A DNA stretch of 64,000 nucleotides from Eledone cirrhosa (GCA_964016885.1 OZ024744.1:50902001-50966000); one strand, 5' to 3'. Shown: positions 39,042 through 53,210, counted from the stretch's first letter. The notes: generated from the letters alone by a model not told the origin. Numbers and translations: made by a program.

Positions 39042-39241
39042 GATAGAGTAAGACACGCTTCACATCGGCTCCGCTATTCCACCGGAATTACCCCTTACTA
39101 TAGTAAGTACCAGATAAATTTTTCAGTGCAACACATTTGGAACACTAACCCCTGTTATTTAGGGAAACATTTTTACATTTACCCCCTTTTTAGGGGGTAA
39201 AATAAATATCTATTTTGCTGTAAAATTTCTTTCTTGGCAGC

Positions 39242-41086
39242 ATGGCGGAAAAGATGACAGACATGTCTGCCATTAGCTCTGCCACGCTCCCCCAAGTCTG
39301 AAGAACAAAAAATAAATACAACAAAATTAGACAACGAAACAAACAAGGAAAATGAAAAAACAAATGTTACGGAAAATGAGCAAACGGAAAACAAACAAAC
39401 AGAAAATAATAATACAAATAACAACAAGGCAACTTTCGCCCAGAAAACAAAACAGTCCATAACATATACACCAATAGACCTAACTGCCGCCAGAGAAAAA
39501 CTGGCCGAAGCAAAGAAACACATTGTTTTGGGGGAGAACGGAATGTTTTCCATTAACTCCCCCCCAGAATTCAAGAAAGCGAGAACAGAGAACACAGTTC
39601 TCTTCAGAACTATATTGAACCAAAGAAGAAAGCCAGCACAGCCCAGCCAAATGGAGATAGAGTTGGTCCTAAAAGATTATATGAAGAATATTCTCTTCAT
39701 ACGAAAGGACCGACTCTATGGCAGCATTTCGGTCTTAACATAAGACAAGGAAACGGCGCAGAAGCTTTCCCTAAGCCCACTCTCATCGACAACATACAGC
39801 TTCTATCCCTCCGACATGGGTAGAAGAACACAGAGAGTAAAAATACGAACAATGCTGCCCACAATGGACTTCTGGTGGGCTGTTGCTGGCTTCATAGACA
39901 TGGGCGAGGACACAGTGCTGTCAATGGGGAAGGCATCCGGAGATGCGTTCCTGGGAATGGGCCTCGACCTACTAGTCCAAATGAGGCCCGAAAGAATAGC
40001 ACAAATCCCGGATCGCATCTGGCTGGATGACCTCACCCCAATAGATATAATTGTAGAGGGGAGAAGACCAGCATGCTATTTATGCACGGAAAGGGGACAC
40101 ATTAAGGCTAACTGCCCGAAACGTATCCCCCAAAAAGGACTATTGCCCACACCCACCACAAACAGTACACCAACACCACCCACCTCCAAAAATACACTGA
40201 TACCACACACAGCAAACAAAATACAGACACCACCAACCACAAGCACAACACAAACATCACCACCACCAGCACCAAACACAAGCACGACACAAAAATCACC
40301 ACCACCATCACCAACACAAACACCACCACCACCATTACCAACCACAAGCACGACACAAACAGCACCACCACCACCACCACAAAACGCATTCCAAACAAAT
40401 AATAAAAAAAACAGCAACAAATCTACCCCTCCCGCAAAAAAAAAACAACCAGACACGACGTCCCTCCCACCTAGCGCTGAAGAGTTTCCCCCAACTTCTG
40501 AAGAAGAAGGAGGAGAAGCCTTCAGACAAGTTAAAAGAAAAAAAAGAAAGCACACACCCAGCACACCACAAATAACCCACACACAAACACCAACTCCAAT
40601 AAAAAACACCCCACCCTCAACAAACAAAAATAAATCTGCGCCTCCCCTCTCCGAAACATTGACAGCATCACAAAAAAAGACATTGCAATACACATATATA
40701 AATAAAGAAAACAAAAAAACTGTTTAAATTAATAAACAATAGCCCTTTGGTGCAGACCGAAGGGCCAAACTTTATCTCAACAGAGAACTTCACCCATTTA
40801 AAAATGATAAAGGTCCCTCTGGACCTTTATCGTTCCTTAAAAGAACAATTTAGACAGGACGTGAGCCCCCCCCCCCTGTTTAAAACCATTAAATCGCGTC
40901 CTCTTGAAAGATTTCTCCATAACCTCCCCTCTCCCTGACACGACTCCAAACACCCCAACCCCACCACACTCGGGTACCCCCACACCACCACAAAACATCC
41001 CTCCACCCAACACACCTGACGCCATGGAAATTACACAACCCGGAGAGGTAGGTGCTTTTCTTTCTTCACTTTCAACACCAAAATAG
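39242..41086 (+). pseudogene. Tx1 ORF1 (zinc knuckle, Pro/Thr-rich tail), disrupted
   Basis: CYLCTERGHIKANC (CX2CX4HX4C); frameshifts at ~39290, ~40720 and ~40870-40910 (at or near homopolymer runs) and a stop at 39741. Confidence 0.8.
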
Positions 41087-41091
41087 ATCAA

Positions 41092-44000
41092 TTGAGAGTT
41101 GGCTGTTTGAACGCGCGTGGCCTGGGCTCAGCTTGGAAGCAAGCAAAGCTACTAAGTGACCTCAGGTCACGAAGTATAGATGTGATGGTTGTTTGCGAGA
41201 GTCGGATCAGCAGCGTGCGACAGCTGGCTCCCGCCTTCGATGACTTTGAGATGCACGCATCTCTCTGTCAACCCGGAGGCGGGGGGGGGGGGGGGGGGGT
41301 TGCCGTACTGCTGGATAAACGTCTGGCTCTCGACGTACAGATTATTCACTCGGACCCGGGGGGTCGATTACTGGTGCTGGACGTCGGAGGCGGTGAAGGC
41401 GGGGCTTTCAGACTGGTCGGTCTTTATGCCCCCTTCGGGGCTGAAAGAGCCGACTTCTTCCAGCGTCTGGAGACTTTTCTAGGAACGTCGCGTTCCCTGC
41501 TTTTAGTGGGGGACTGGAATGGAATCCTAGATGCGCGTTGGGACTATACAGGGGCATGTCCCGATAGAGGGGGGTGTAGCAGCCTCAAGGGGTTACTCGA
41601 TCGATTCAACCTGGTCGATAGATTTCGACTAGATTGTCCAACTGCGCCAACCTGGACCTGGGCAAACCGCAGTGGACAATCTAGATCGTACCTACATAGG
41701 TTTTTGGTTAGGAGTAAGGATAGGGACGTATTTAGTTGTCCAGAATTGATCATGGTTGGCTATTCAGATCACAAATTAGTGACCTGCGTGGTCAACCTTG
41801 ATAGAACGCATAGACAGGGTCCCGGTTACTGGAAGATGAACTTGTCCTTGCCGGCAAAGAAAGATTACAGGAACCGGATTAGTAGCTTAGTTAAGATGCG
41901 GTTGACGGGAGCGATCGTCAACAGTAGGTGGTGGGTATCTCTAAAGAGAGAGATTAGAGTAAGTTCGATAGGTTACAGTAAGGAACTAGCGGCGAATAGA
42001 AATAGAAAGGAAAGGGAGTTAACAGATAAACTAGAAGAGGCGATTAGGAGCGGAGACGTAGCCAGAGTGTTAGCGGCGAGAACGGCGTTGAGCCAGTTCT
42101 TTGACGCGAAACACGAAGGCTGCGTTGTCCGAAGTAAAATACGTGCTTTAGGAAACGAGGGGACCAAAGCTGTTAGCTGGGCCCGCGTGACAGAAGCCAA
42201 GAGTGGGATTAAATCCACCATTCGGTCTTTGCGAAACCAGGATGGACGGGTGATCCTTGAACCTGAGCGGATGTGCGAGGCCTTTCAAAGGCACTTTGCT
42301 CGACTGTTCGGAGGGGGCGGGGGGCCGGACGGGGATGTGGACTTCGGTCCATACCTCGACGGTCTACCGCGTCTTTCGAACGGCGAAGCGGAGTGCTGCG
42401 AAAGGCCAATCACAGCCACTGAAATCGGGGAAGCGCTCAGCCAATGCAGCAGACGCAAATCTCCGGGTCTCGATGGTCTACCATACGAACTTTATTTGGC
42501 TATGCCGGTCTTGTTCTCCGAACTCCTCGAGGCTGTCTATTGTAACTGGCAACAGAACGGGAGAATTCCCTGTTCTGTGACCAAGGGCGTGGTCACGCTA
42601 GTGAGGAAGGACGAGAGCAAGGGGGACGACTTAGGTAACTTTAGGCCCATAACTCTGCTGAATGCAGAGTTACAGATTTTGGCCAAGGTGTTGGCGAAGA
42701 GGTTGGCGCTTATGGTGGGTGGTTTGGTGGGAGACGCGCAGACATGCGCTATCCCGTCCAGGTCCATTCACGACAACCTCCACCTCATGCGATACATCAT
42801 AGAGAGGGTTGGCAACGAACCCGGCTTTGGTGGGGCCCTGATCAACTTGGATCAATCTAAGGCGTTCGATAGGGTCGACCATGGTTACCTGGATGCAGTG
42901 CTAGCGGCGGCGGGCTTCGGACCCATTTTCAGGGGCTGGATTTCTGCCATGCACAGTGGCAACATCTACTCTAGGATTAAAGTAAACGGCTACCTCTCGG
43001 AGCCGTTTCAAATCACCCGGTCCATCAGACAGGGGTACCCCCTCTCCTCCCTTCTGTACGTATTGACTCTCGAGCCACTACTGCGGAAGTTGGAGTTGCT
43101 GCGGGGAATACCCCTGGAACCGGGATTGCACAAAGCGGTCTCGGCCTATGCCGACGACGTAACAGTAATGGTGGCGGACGACTCGGAAATCAGGGCGATC
43201 GCCACCCTACTGGAGGAATACGAAAGGCTGACGGGGGCTAGGCTGAACCGGGACAAGTCAGTCGGTTTGCAACTCGGAACGTGGAGGGGCAAACCGATGC
43301 CGTTAGACGGTGTCGTCGGGCTGTGGACGGAGGGCCCGGTGAAGCTGCTCGGGGTCTGGTTCGGACCGGACCTCCAGGTGGAGAAGAATTGGGGCGAGGT
43401 GACGAGCAGGGTGTTTGCGCTGACCCAGAAGTGGGCCAAGTGCAAACTATCACTGAAAGGTCGGGCGGAGGTGACGAACGCTTACATAGCGTCCGTCATC
43501 TGCTACCGCCTGACCGTCGTGCCTTGCCCCAAGGAAAAGATCACCATCATGGAACGCATGCTCTTCCAGTTCCTCTGGAAGAAGCGGCCTCCCATGGTGA
43601 GGAGATCCATCTGCTGCCAGCACCCTTCGAAAGGAGGGCTGGGTATGCCGTGGCTGTTGATGCGTAGGCACGCATTGAGGCTACGGCATCACCGGTCAGC
43701 CGGTGTGGGCCCCGTTTGTGAGGCGAGCCTTCCCACAGCTCGTCTCGCTCACCGAGCTGCAATCCTGGATGAAGCAAAGACCGAGAAAACTGGGCAACTG
43801 GCACACCGAGTGTGCCCAGGCGCTCACGGCTATCTGGCAAGCGTACCCGACTGTCAGTGGAGAATCCACCTCGACATTCTATAGAGGGCTGGTGGCTAGC
43901 AGGGGCGACGACACCCTTGGAGAGTCGCTAGGCATGGAGGAGGACGAACTGGCCAGCCTGTTCGGTAGAACTTTCGGCCCGGGACCCATGGACAACTTCC

Positions 44001-44515
44001 AGAGGTCCCTAGCCTGGCAGTGTTACCGGGGGGCTCTGCCCGTTCGAGAAAAGCTCTACAGACACGGGCGCCCGGGCAGGGATCCAGCGAAAAAGATCTG
44101 TCCCAGATGCGTGCGCGACGAGGAAACCGTTGCGCATGCACTGGTACACTGCCCGGGCGTTGCCGATCTGTGGGGCTACGTCGAACGACTGCTGTCGCGT
44201 GTGGCGTCGATTCGATTAACCGCCGAGTCTGTGGTGAACATCAAGCCGCCTCCTCCCTTCAGAAATGAAGCAGAGGCGGTCTTTCTGTGCGTAATAGCCA
44301 TGATGAAAGAGGTTGTGTGGTGGACGCGCCTGAAAGGTCTGAGGTCGGGTGACTTTCTCTCCGGCCATCACCTGGTTTACTTCTTCCGATACCACTTCGG
44401 AAGAAGGATCAGAATGGAGAGAGAAGTGCTTGGCCCCAGACAGTTTTATGAAAGGTGGGTGAAAGAAGCGAGAATGGCTCGTGTAAATGGGCCTTCTCTC
44501 TACATTGTTCTGTAG
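41092..44515 (+). pseudogene. Tx1 ORF2 (complete APE, RT, CCHC) with one frameshifting deletion near 43690
   Basis: RVGCLNARGL, GDWN, SDH, YADD, CPRC..H..C; ORFs 41092-43884 and 43703-44515; ~14-bp deletion relative to the copy at 5286-5303. Confidence 0.92.
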
Positions 44516-44746
44516 GTGAAGAAGTGAAGAGGAAAGGGGGAGCGCCTCCTCTCTGGGCTTCCCCCGCGAAAAGGGTTGCACACTTTTCGGGGGTATGTGC
44601 AATCCCCAACACGCCCCCTCCCTTTTGAGGACTTTTTATTATTATATTATTATTGTTATTCCGTTTTTCTTTACTCGATTTATGTAAACTCCCCCACTGT
44701 GTATTTGTCCCCTTCTTTTGTGCCCTCGTGGCAAATAAATAGAAAT

Positions 44747-44802
<56 letters not shown>

Positions 44803-44859
44803 ATATATATACATATTATTTGTCCCCTTCTTTTGTGCCCCTGTGGCTAATAAAGAAAT

Positions 44860-44903
<44 letters not shown>

Positions 44904-45631
44904 ATATATATACATATTATTTACGTAGACAACGTAGCGTATGTGCATAAACGCATCTGCACCGTGTCGTATTTGTGACAGTATTGTATTAGCTCAATGT
45001 ACAAGAACAGAGCCGTTATATGTAAAAGAAATCAAAGAACGCCTCCCTGGTCCACGTAGTTCCGTAACCTACTGGCATACTCTGATTATGTATACTATGG
45101 GGAGGAATAAAATCCCCTTTTGAACTTTTTAAAGGTACTTTAGGGGTCTCGTAGTATTTCTATAACTCGAAGTCATGGGAAACTAAATCACCTGTTCTAT
45201 ATAGTGACTAATGCATAACTTCCTCTGGCTTTTGTGTGCTTTAATTTTTTAATTATTTATTGATCTTTTTATATTATTATTTTTCTTTTACTTTATTATT
45301 ATTATAAGTTTTAACTATCGTTGAATGCTTTATTTGTTTCTGTGTGTCCTCACGTGCTTCCGCTTCTAGTGAGAAAATCTGCCTATACCCTCATATGTAG
45401 CTGTAATGTTGAATAACAACCCCATTACGCATTCTCTCCATACTCCCCATTTCCAATCTCCCTCTTATTATCCTGTACTGTATATCTAATGTTCGTGTGA
45501 CTAAGCTTGGTACAACTTATACTCAGCACTATATTTTTGTTTATAAAGCTCTGATGAATCCTGCCCCACGGTATGGATGAAACATTGTCAGCGAATAAAA
45601 ATCGTATGAGTATGAAAGGCGTTCCTTGATT

Positions 45632-45685
<54 letters not shown>

Positions 45686-46088
45686 GATTCTCAACGATGC
45701 GTTGTGTTCTTGAACATATTTCACGTTGCTCCAGTTTCCTCAGCTGTAGAAATGAGTTGCGACGTCAAGTTGTATCAGCCATAGCCTTTCCCTTGGGCAT
45801 CATCGGTGGCATGGGGAGAGGAGGCTGGTTTTTCTCAAACAACCTTGCCTGGACTTGTGTATCTGACGGAACTTTCTAGGTGTAAATTCCATGGTCATTC
45901 GTAAACGAAGTGGTGTCTTCATATATATCCAGTCATTCACATTAGCAGACCGTGAGGTAATAATCAGAAGCACCCAACGTTATACACATCTTCCATCATA
46001 GATGTGGTATCCCGTGGTTGGTAGACTATTTTCATTGAAGAATTTAACTGCATATATATATGTGTGTGATATATATATATATACATAC

Positions 46089-46208
<120 letters not shown>

Positions 46209-46393
46209 TATATATTATTTATATATTATTTATACTTATATATGAGTTATATATAATTATAAATATGAAAGGATATTATTATGCACTACTCGATTACCAG
46301 TAAGAGAAACAGCTCAATGTAAATTGTCAGATGTATTACAGAGCAGAGATACAAAATATAAAACAATCAAATGTTTGCTTAATACATTTAATT

Positions 46394-46438
46394 GCTAGCG
46401 ATCGTTTCTTCCAGGTAACTGTCTGTAATTATCAGAGC
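46394..46438 (-). ncRNA. Minimal hammerhead motif, mutated copy
   Basis: gct CTGATAA ttacagacagttacctggaa GAAAC gatc GCT agc. Confidence 0.55.
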
Positions 46439-46601
46439 TTACGCAATGTTTAAACAAGTAATTACATTCCTAGACTTTAGAATTCCTAGTCTTAAGATAA
46501 TTCCTAGTCTTAAGATAAATTATAATTAATATTGTCAGTGACATCAATTTTGAAAATCAAGAGTAACAAAATGATATTATAGTAAACAAATAGCAAAATA
46601 A

Positions 46602-46646
46602 GTTCCGATGATTCCAGACAGTTATCTGGAAGAAACGATCGTCAGC
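46602..46646 (+). ncRNA. Minimal hammerhead motif with a palindromic GATC loop III
   Basis: gtt CCGATGA ttccaga cagtta tctggaa GAAAC gatc GTC agc; inverted partner of 46394-46438. Confidence 0.65.
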
Positions 46647-46844
46647 AATTAAATGTATGAAACAAAAATTTGATTGTTTTATATATGAAAATACTGTACC
46701 AACCACGGGATACCACATCTATGATGGAAGATATGTATAACGGTGGGTGCTTCTGATTATTGCCCCACGATCTGCTAATGTGAATGACTGCATCACAAAC
46801 CCAGCTACCTATTAGTTAAACCATCCATGTTAATGGCATATAAT

Positions 46845-47380
46845 CATCATCATCATCATCATCATTATCATCGTTTTACGCCCGCTTTTCCCCGCTTGCA
46901 AGGGTGGGACGGGTCCTATTCAGCACAGCATCTCTACATTTGTCACGGTCCTTTGTCATCTCCTCCGTGAGCTTCAGCGATCGGAGGTCCGCTCTCACCA
47001 TCTCCGACCATGTTTTTCGTGGTCTACCTCTACTGCGTCTTCCTTCTACTGGCATTTATTGGCACTTCTTTACCCAGCAGTCATCCTCCATGCACATCAC
47101 ATGTCCATACCAACGCAGTCTTCTCTCCCGCACACTACAACATATCCCTCTTATACCCAGTTTCTTTCCCAACTCGTCTATGCTTGGTCGTTCACACACA
47201 TTGACATTGCACATCCAACGGAGCATGCTCGCTTCATTTCTCTCCAGCCATCGCATATGCTCTGCAGTTGCTTCCCATGTCTCACTACCATGCAGCATCA
47301 CGCATCTCACACAGGCATCATATAGCCGGCCTTTCGTGCGTAGGGAGAAACGTTTCTTCGTCAACAGAGAAGCAGCTCCC
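46845..47380 (-). mobile_element. RTE-clade 3' fragment with a (GAT)n tail
   Basis: KGRLYDACVRCVMLHGSETW...MLRWMC...RRLRWYGHV; (cat)n on + at 46845-46872. Confidence 0.82.
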
Positions 47381-47582
47381 TAACCTTCTTCCCGTATATC
47401 ATATTTTTCAATTCCACCCCACCCGTCTCTTTAATCTATCTAATTTCTCATTCTTTCTCCTCATGAACGTTAAGACCCTCTTCCTGCTATTTCAAGTGTT
47501 AACCTAATATATTCCTTCCATATACCGTACCGATTGTGTTGTTATTTCTGTTTACCTTTTACATACACATACATACATATAT

Positions 47583-48122
47583 ATTGGGACAGGGAGAAGA
47601 AAGCATGCACAGTAGTGGAAATTAGCTACCCAGCAGATGCCAATATAATATCAAAGATTAGCGAAAAGGAGAATATTTATGCAGAACCGATGAGAAACCT
47701 GCAGATACTCCACCCTGATTACACCTTCAGATTTATGCCTGTGATTATTGAGGCACTGGGGTATGTTAGTAACTGCCTCAATACAAATCTTGAGAAGCTA
47801 GGCTTCACAGGAACAGAAAGAACACAACTAGTTAGGAAATTACAAGTACAATCCATTAATGGAACAGTAAAACATTCCAAAAATGTTGCATCTAATAACT
47901 GCATATACACATGTACAGATACAAAACATATACACATGCACACGTACAACTCAAAACATCCACATCCACACATACAATAACATCCATATCTACACATGCA
48001 TGCATGCATACATAATCTACCTAGTTGATGTGTAAATTCCAATGAGAGAGTCTTGTGTCTATCTTAGAAACCGACTCTCTCTCTATTGGTAAAACTTTGT
48101 GAAATTATAAAACCAGAAGAAC
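47583..48122 (+). mobile_element. 5'-truncated copy of the (CATA)n R4 family
   Basis: Near-identical to 21512-22060; CATA-like repeats on both sides. Confidence 0.9.
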
Positions 48123-48565
48123 ATCCATACATCCATACATCCATATAAGGTTAAGAAACGGCTTTTAACTCCTGATGAAATCGTAAGGGTGCCGCTCTGA
48201 AAGACACTCGGAGGAACATATCACTTTTCTTTCCCGAATAGCGATAAAAGGAGATATAGAAGAATTGATCTTAGTATTGGATAGTATTTTATTTATCGAC
48301 CTCGAAAACATGAAAGTCAAAGTTAACCCCGGAACAAATATATGTGTCAAAATACTGAAAGATTTTTTACATTATACCTCACTATTATTGTTTTAGTATC
48401 TCATAGTCTAGTACAGGTATTTCCTCCATATATTTTCTCACTCTCTAATATAGAAATCGGCTATATTTAGACCTGGACAGAGATGGGCTTCGTCAAGTTT
48501 AAAATGCCCCAAGCTCACCTCTACCACACTACCAGAAGTTATACGTCTATGTATGTATACCTATG

Positions 48566-50078
48566 TTTTCTCTTAATTTCAAGTACATTTTTGACCGGCC
48601 ACCATCCTGGTGGCAAGGTTGTAAAATAAAAGAAATTGTTATTCCTTGAATCGCAAGAATGTTTTGCAAATTTTGAAGGTGTCAGCTATCGCAGCCATTT
48701 GTAGTCTATGAATTAGGGAGCTGTGTTCTTTGTCCACAAATCCAAGTTCAGTTATACTTTGGTCCAAGCGGGTTGGTATATAACCTGTAGTTCCAATACT
48801 GATGGGTATGAAGCTGAAGGTGTATCTTGGATACTGGATTTGTAAACTCCTCATCAATAGTCCGTAGATGTCCTCCTTCTCTTGTATTTTTCTGACAACG
48901 TTGACATCAAGTGGGCAGCTGATTTCTACAACAGAGCACGTTTTCAATGTGTGGTCCCAAAGAGCAATATCAGGCCAGTTGTGCTTTAATTTGGTGGCAG
49001 TTTTTATTTTCAGGTTCCACCAGTATTCTTTAGTGCCATCTGTCTCAACATATTCCTGCTCATTTGTTTTTAATTTCGTTTTCCTCAGTGCACTCCAGAT
49101 GGTTCTAGCTATCACATCGTGTCTCATGTGGAGGTAGTATTGACATGACATTCTTTCACAGCTGGCAACAATGTGGCTTACATCTTCGATCTTTGTTTTA
49201 CATAGCCTACATTTATTGTCGACTAATGGCCCTCCTCTTTTGTGTAGCAGATATTAGGTAGCGATTTCTTGTTCCCATGTTGCATAGAGATATCCTTCAA
49301 TGTAGAATGTTATAAACTTGTTAGAACTCCATGCCAGGCTTTTTGAATGTTTTATCCCCTCTATGGTCTGTGTTATTCGTCTCAGGTACCCATACACAAC
49401 TTTCTCTGTAAATTAGTCCATTTTTTTTATCTTGTTCGAACATTGAATAGGATCTTCCAATTTCCATATCTCTCCTCCAGATCAGTGGCTATCCTAATGA
49501 TATTATTTCCTTCATCCTCATAAAATAAAATACCAGTAATGTACTGGGTAATTGCTGGCCTTGTGCCAAAAGTAGAAACAATTATTTCCTTCATCCTCAT
49601 AGACCTGGGCAAGATGATTGATGACCCTTTTCTTCTGTTGAAGATGTTGCTTCAGTGTTACTATCCGGGTCGCGTATGCTGTTAATATGGAATTTAGACC
49701 CCAGCCACCTTCCTTGCGTAAGAAGTATAGCCTATCAACATCACCATTGATGTTAAAATTTCCACTAGCACTGGGAAGCTTGCGAGTTCTTACATCCATC
49801 TCACTTAGTTCTTGCATTGACCAGTTCAGCAGACCAAATGTTGGTGTTAGGATTGGCACAGCATAACTATTGTGGGCAATGTATTTGTTGTACACTGATA
49901 GTTCTGATGGCCATATTTTCTTTACTCTCCTGAGGTATTCAGTTCTGGGTCTCTCCTTATTTATGATACCTGTCCAAGATATCTGTAGTTGTCACCTTAC
50001 TGTAGAGGTTGTATTGTCAGGCCGTTCATCTCTAGATTTTCAGAGGAGGGCACAGCTCTTCCAGGTTTTATTGTCAAA
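48566..50078 (-). mobile_element. Second (CATA)n-flanked R4 family, 5'-truncated, with a SINE insertion at 49523-49580
   Basis: AHNSYAVPILTPTFG, GDVDRLY..RKEGG, RHD..EYWWN..PDI..VEISCP; tatgtatg flanks. Confidence 0.87.
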
Positions 50079-50098
50079 TATGTACGTATGTATGTATG

Positions 50099-51078
50099 TT
50101 ATCTTTCTTTTAATTTCGAGTATATTTATTTGACCGGCCACCTTCCTGGTGGCAAGGTTGTAAAAGAAAAGAAATTGTCATCTCTTGAATCGCAAGAATG
50201 TTTTGCAAATTTTGAAGGTGTCAGCTATCGCAGCCATTTGTAGACTATGAATTAGGGAGCTGCGCTCTTTGTCCGCAAATCTAAGTTCAGTCATACTTTG
50301 GTCCAAGCGGGTTGGTATATAACCCGTAGCTCCAACAATGATGGGTATGAAGCTGAAGGTGTATCTTGGATACTGGATTTGTAAACCCCTCTCAATGGTC
50401 CGTAGATGTCCTCCTTCTCCTGTATTTTTCTGACAACGTTTACCTCAAGTGGGCAGCTGATCTCCACAACAGAACACGTTTTCAATGTGTGGTCCCAAAC
50501 AACAATATCAAGCCGGTTGTGCTTTAATTTGGTGGCAGTTTTTATTTTCAGGTTCCACCAGTATTCCTTAGTGCCATCTGTCTCAATATATTCTTCCTCG
50601 TTTGTTGTTAATTTTGTTTTCCGAAGTGCGTTCCAGATGGTTCTAGCTATCCCATCGTGTCGCATGGGGAGGTAGTAGAGACAAAACATTCTTTCGCAGC
50701 TGGCAACAATGTGGCTTACATCCTCGATCTTTGTTTTACATAGCCTACATTTATTGTCAGCTGATGGCCCTACAATTTTGTGCAGCAGATATTTGGTAGG
50801 GAGTTCTTGTTCCTGTATTGCATAGAGATATCCCTCAAGGTGTGATATCATAAACTTATCGGAACTCCATGCCAGGCTTTTTGAGTGGTTTATCCCCTCT
50901 ATGGTCTGTGTTTTATGTCTCAAGTATCCATGCACAATTTTTTTAGTAAATTGGTCAATTTTTCATCTTGTTTGAACATTGAGTAGGATATTCCGATTTC
51001 TCTGGGTGAGAGATTTATATCAGGCTTTATTCCATATCTCTCCTCCAGATCAGTGGCTATTCTAATGATATTGTTTTT
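50099..51078 (-). mobile_element. Tandem second copy of the same R4 family
   Basis: ORF 50291-50935 CRLCKTKIEDVSHIVASC; flanked by (TATG)n at 50079-50098 and 51079-51173. Confidence 0.87.
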
Positions 51079-51174
51079 ATGTATGTATGTATGTATGTAT
51101 GTATGTATGTATGTATGTATGTATGTATGTATGTATGTATGTATGTATGTATGTATGTATGTATGTATGTATGT

Positions 51175-51885
51175 CAGTTTACTTGGCGAGGAGGTTGATT
51201 TTGGACACCCAGCAGGACAAAAAACAAAACCTGACAAAGGGCGGAAGAACTTATAAGTCAACGGCCATCCAAAAGTGTGTAAATATATATACACACATGT
51301 ACATGTGTATGTATATGTATATGTGTATATAAATGGGTGCAAGTGTATGTATATGCGCGGGGACATAGAAATAGTCGGCTGGACACGCGATCGCACGGTT
51401 AAACCACTGGGAGTGAAGGACCCCTAGCTTTTCTCAAGGCATTCTTCTAGGAGAAGGCAACTCAGGAAACTAGGATAACTCCGATATAAAACCTGCGGCT
51501 CAGTAGTTACCGATGACGTTGAACTGTTCTTCTTTTCTGGTAATAGCTACTGTCGCTCAGAGAGTGGGATTGGCTCAGTGCAGTCTTTCCTCACTTTAAA
51601 AAATATCTTCACGCACAGGCATTGCACGATAGAATTAATTAATTGTTTCTACTTTAGGCACAAGGCCAGCAATTACCCAGTTCATTACTGGTACTTTATT
51701 TTATCGACCCCGTAAGGATGAAAGGCAAAGTCAACCTCGGCGGGATTTGAACTCAGATCGTAAAGGGACGTAACTATGCTTTGAAAACATGGCGTCCGAC
51801 CCTCTATCGATAACATTAATTAATAATTACTAATAATGGTATATCGTGCAATGGCTATACTCGATAACGAGGGGGCAGCCATCAT
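51175..51885 (+). mobile_element. Diverged relative of the 600-bp RTE-derived element, interrupted by a SINE (51640-51810, minus)
   Basis: ggaggttgattttggacacccagcaggac..., tctaggagaaggcaactc, 3' end ggcagccatc(atgt)n; matching 3' stub at 7870-7916 (minus). Confidence 0.55.
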
Positions 51886-52082
51886 GTATGTATGTATATA
51901 TCTATATATGCATGTGTATAAATATATATGCATACAATATATGTATATATATATGTATGTATCTATGTATATTGTATGTATGTATATATGTGTATGTATG
52001 CACATTTATATGTACGTATGCACGTATATATGTATGTCTGTCTGTATGTATATATGTATGTATGCATGCATCTCTCTCTCTG

Positions 52083-52161
<79 letters not shown>

Positions 52162-52860
52162 ATGTGTGTGTCCGTGTGTGTATGTGTGTTTATGTGCCTG
52201 TGTATAAGTGTGTACGAGGTGTCAATTCTTATGCCATATGTAACTGTGTTTAAGGGGGACAGGGAGCAACGTGGGAAGGGGGACAACTGTTGTGTTAGAA
52301 GTAAACGAATTAATAAATACAAAACAGAGGGTGGATGCTGAGGTCGGGTTGGTAGGCTGTGAGGAGGGGGTGAGGGCCAAAGATGGTGGTGAAGGAGGGG
52401 TTGGGGAGCGCGAAGATGGCGAGAGAAGGGGGGAGGGGTAGTAGTGGGAATAGTTGATGCGGTTGGGAGGTGGGGGTGGTAGATGGTAAGGTGCTGGATT
52501 ATGGCGGAGGGTGGTGGTGTATGGTGGTGAGGAGGGGTCGAAGATGGTGTGAGAGAAGGGGGTAGTAGTGGGAACAGTGGTGGGCATGAGTGATGTCTTA
52601 GTGGGAGGGTGTCATGAAGTTTCGTGATTTTGAATAACTTAAAAGATGTGGTGCGGGTATGGTAGGGTAAGGTAGGGTAGGGTAGCTGACCGAAGCAGAA
52701 TGCAGTAGGCAGTGCAAAGTGAACCCCAGCCCCGCACACACACATACTTAATATATATCATATGTATATATATATATATATATATTATAGCATATTATAT
52801 ATATATTAATAATAATAATTAAAGGTTAATTAGTCTCTAATATTTAAACATCTCGGTGAA

Positions 52861-52927
<67 letters not shown>

Positions 52928-52944
52928 TTTTATTCCTTTAAATT

Positions 52945-53210
52945 TTATTTTTCTAGTTTCATATATAATGCTGCGGTCATGCTGGGGCATTGCGTTCAGG
53001 GGATTTAGTCGATCTTATAAACACCAGTACTTATTATGTTTAAAGTTTCATATTTTATTGATCTTAATTTGTCGAACTTCTAAGTTATGGGATATAACGC
53101 AACTTAGTGGTACGTCCCACTCACGCACATGCATATACGACGGGCTTCCACATAGTTTCTGTCTATAAAATTTTAAACAGAAATCAATGGTCAATAGTTG
53201 AGGACGACTC
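52945..53210 (-). mobile_element. Old SINE-like repeat resembling an abundant octopus repeat
   Basis: ctgcggtcatgctggggca...tagtcga...atatacgacgggcttccaca; recognised from memory of octopus repeats and unverified. Confidence 0.45.

Larger units (their letters stand above)
39041..44747 (+). mobile_element. Full-length Tx1/L1-clade LINE family A embedded in (TATC)n
   Basis: (TATC)n at 39000-39040 and 44748-44800; 5' UTR, ORF1, ORF2 and a 3' UTR with aataaa. Confidence 0.95.

Noticed and set aside
44950-45640. Faint Penelope-like peptides (C..LYVKEIKERL; INKNIVLSISC)
   Set aside because: Too degenerate to call by eye.
48168-48225. ctgatga...gaacatatc hammerhead candidate
   Set aside because: No correctly placed GAAA core and no convincing stems I and III.
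52330-52700. G-rich tract (and C-rich tract at 55535-55900) as functional G-quadruplex or further hyper-edited DNA
   Set aside because: Low-complexity sequence with no reference copy to compare; it may reflect degenerate microsatellite or poor consensus.
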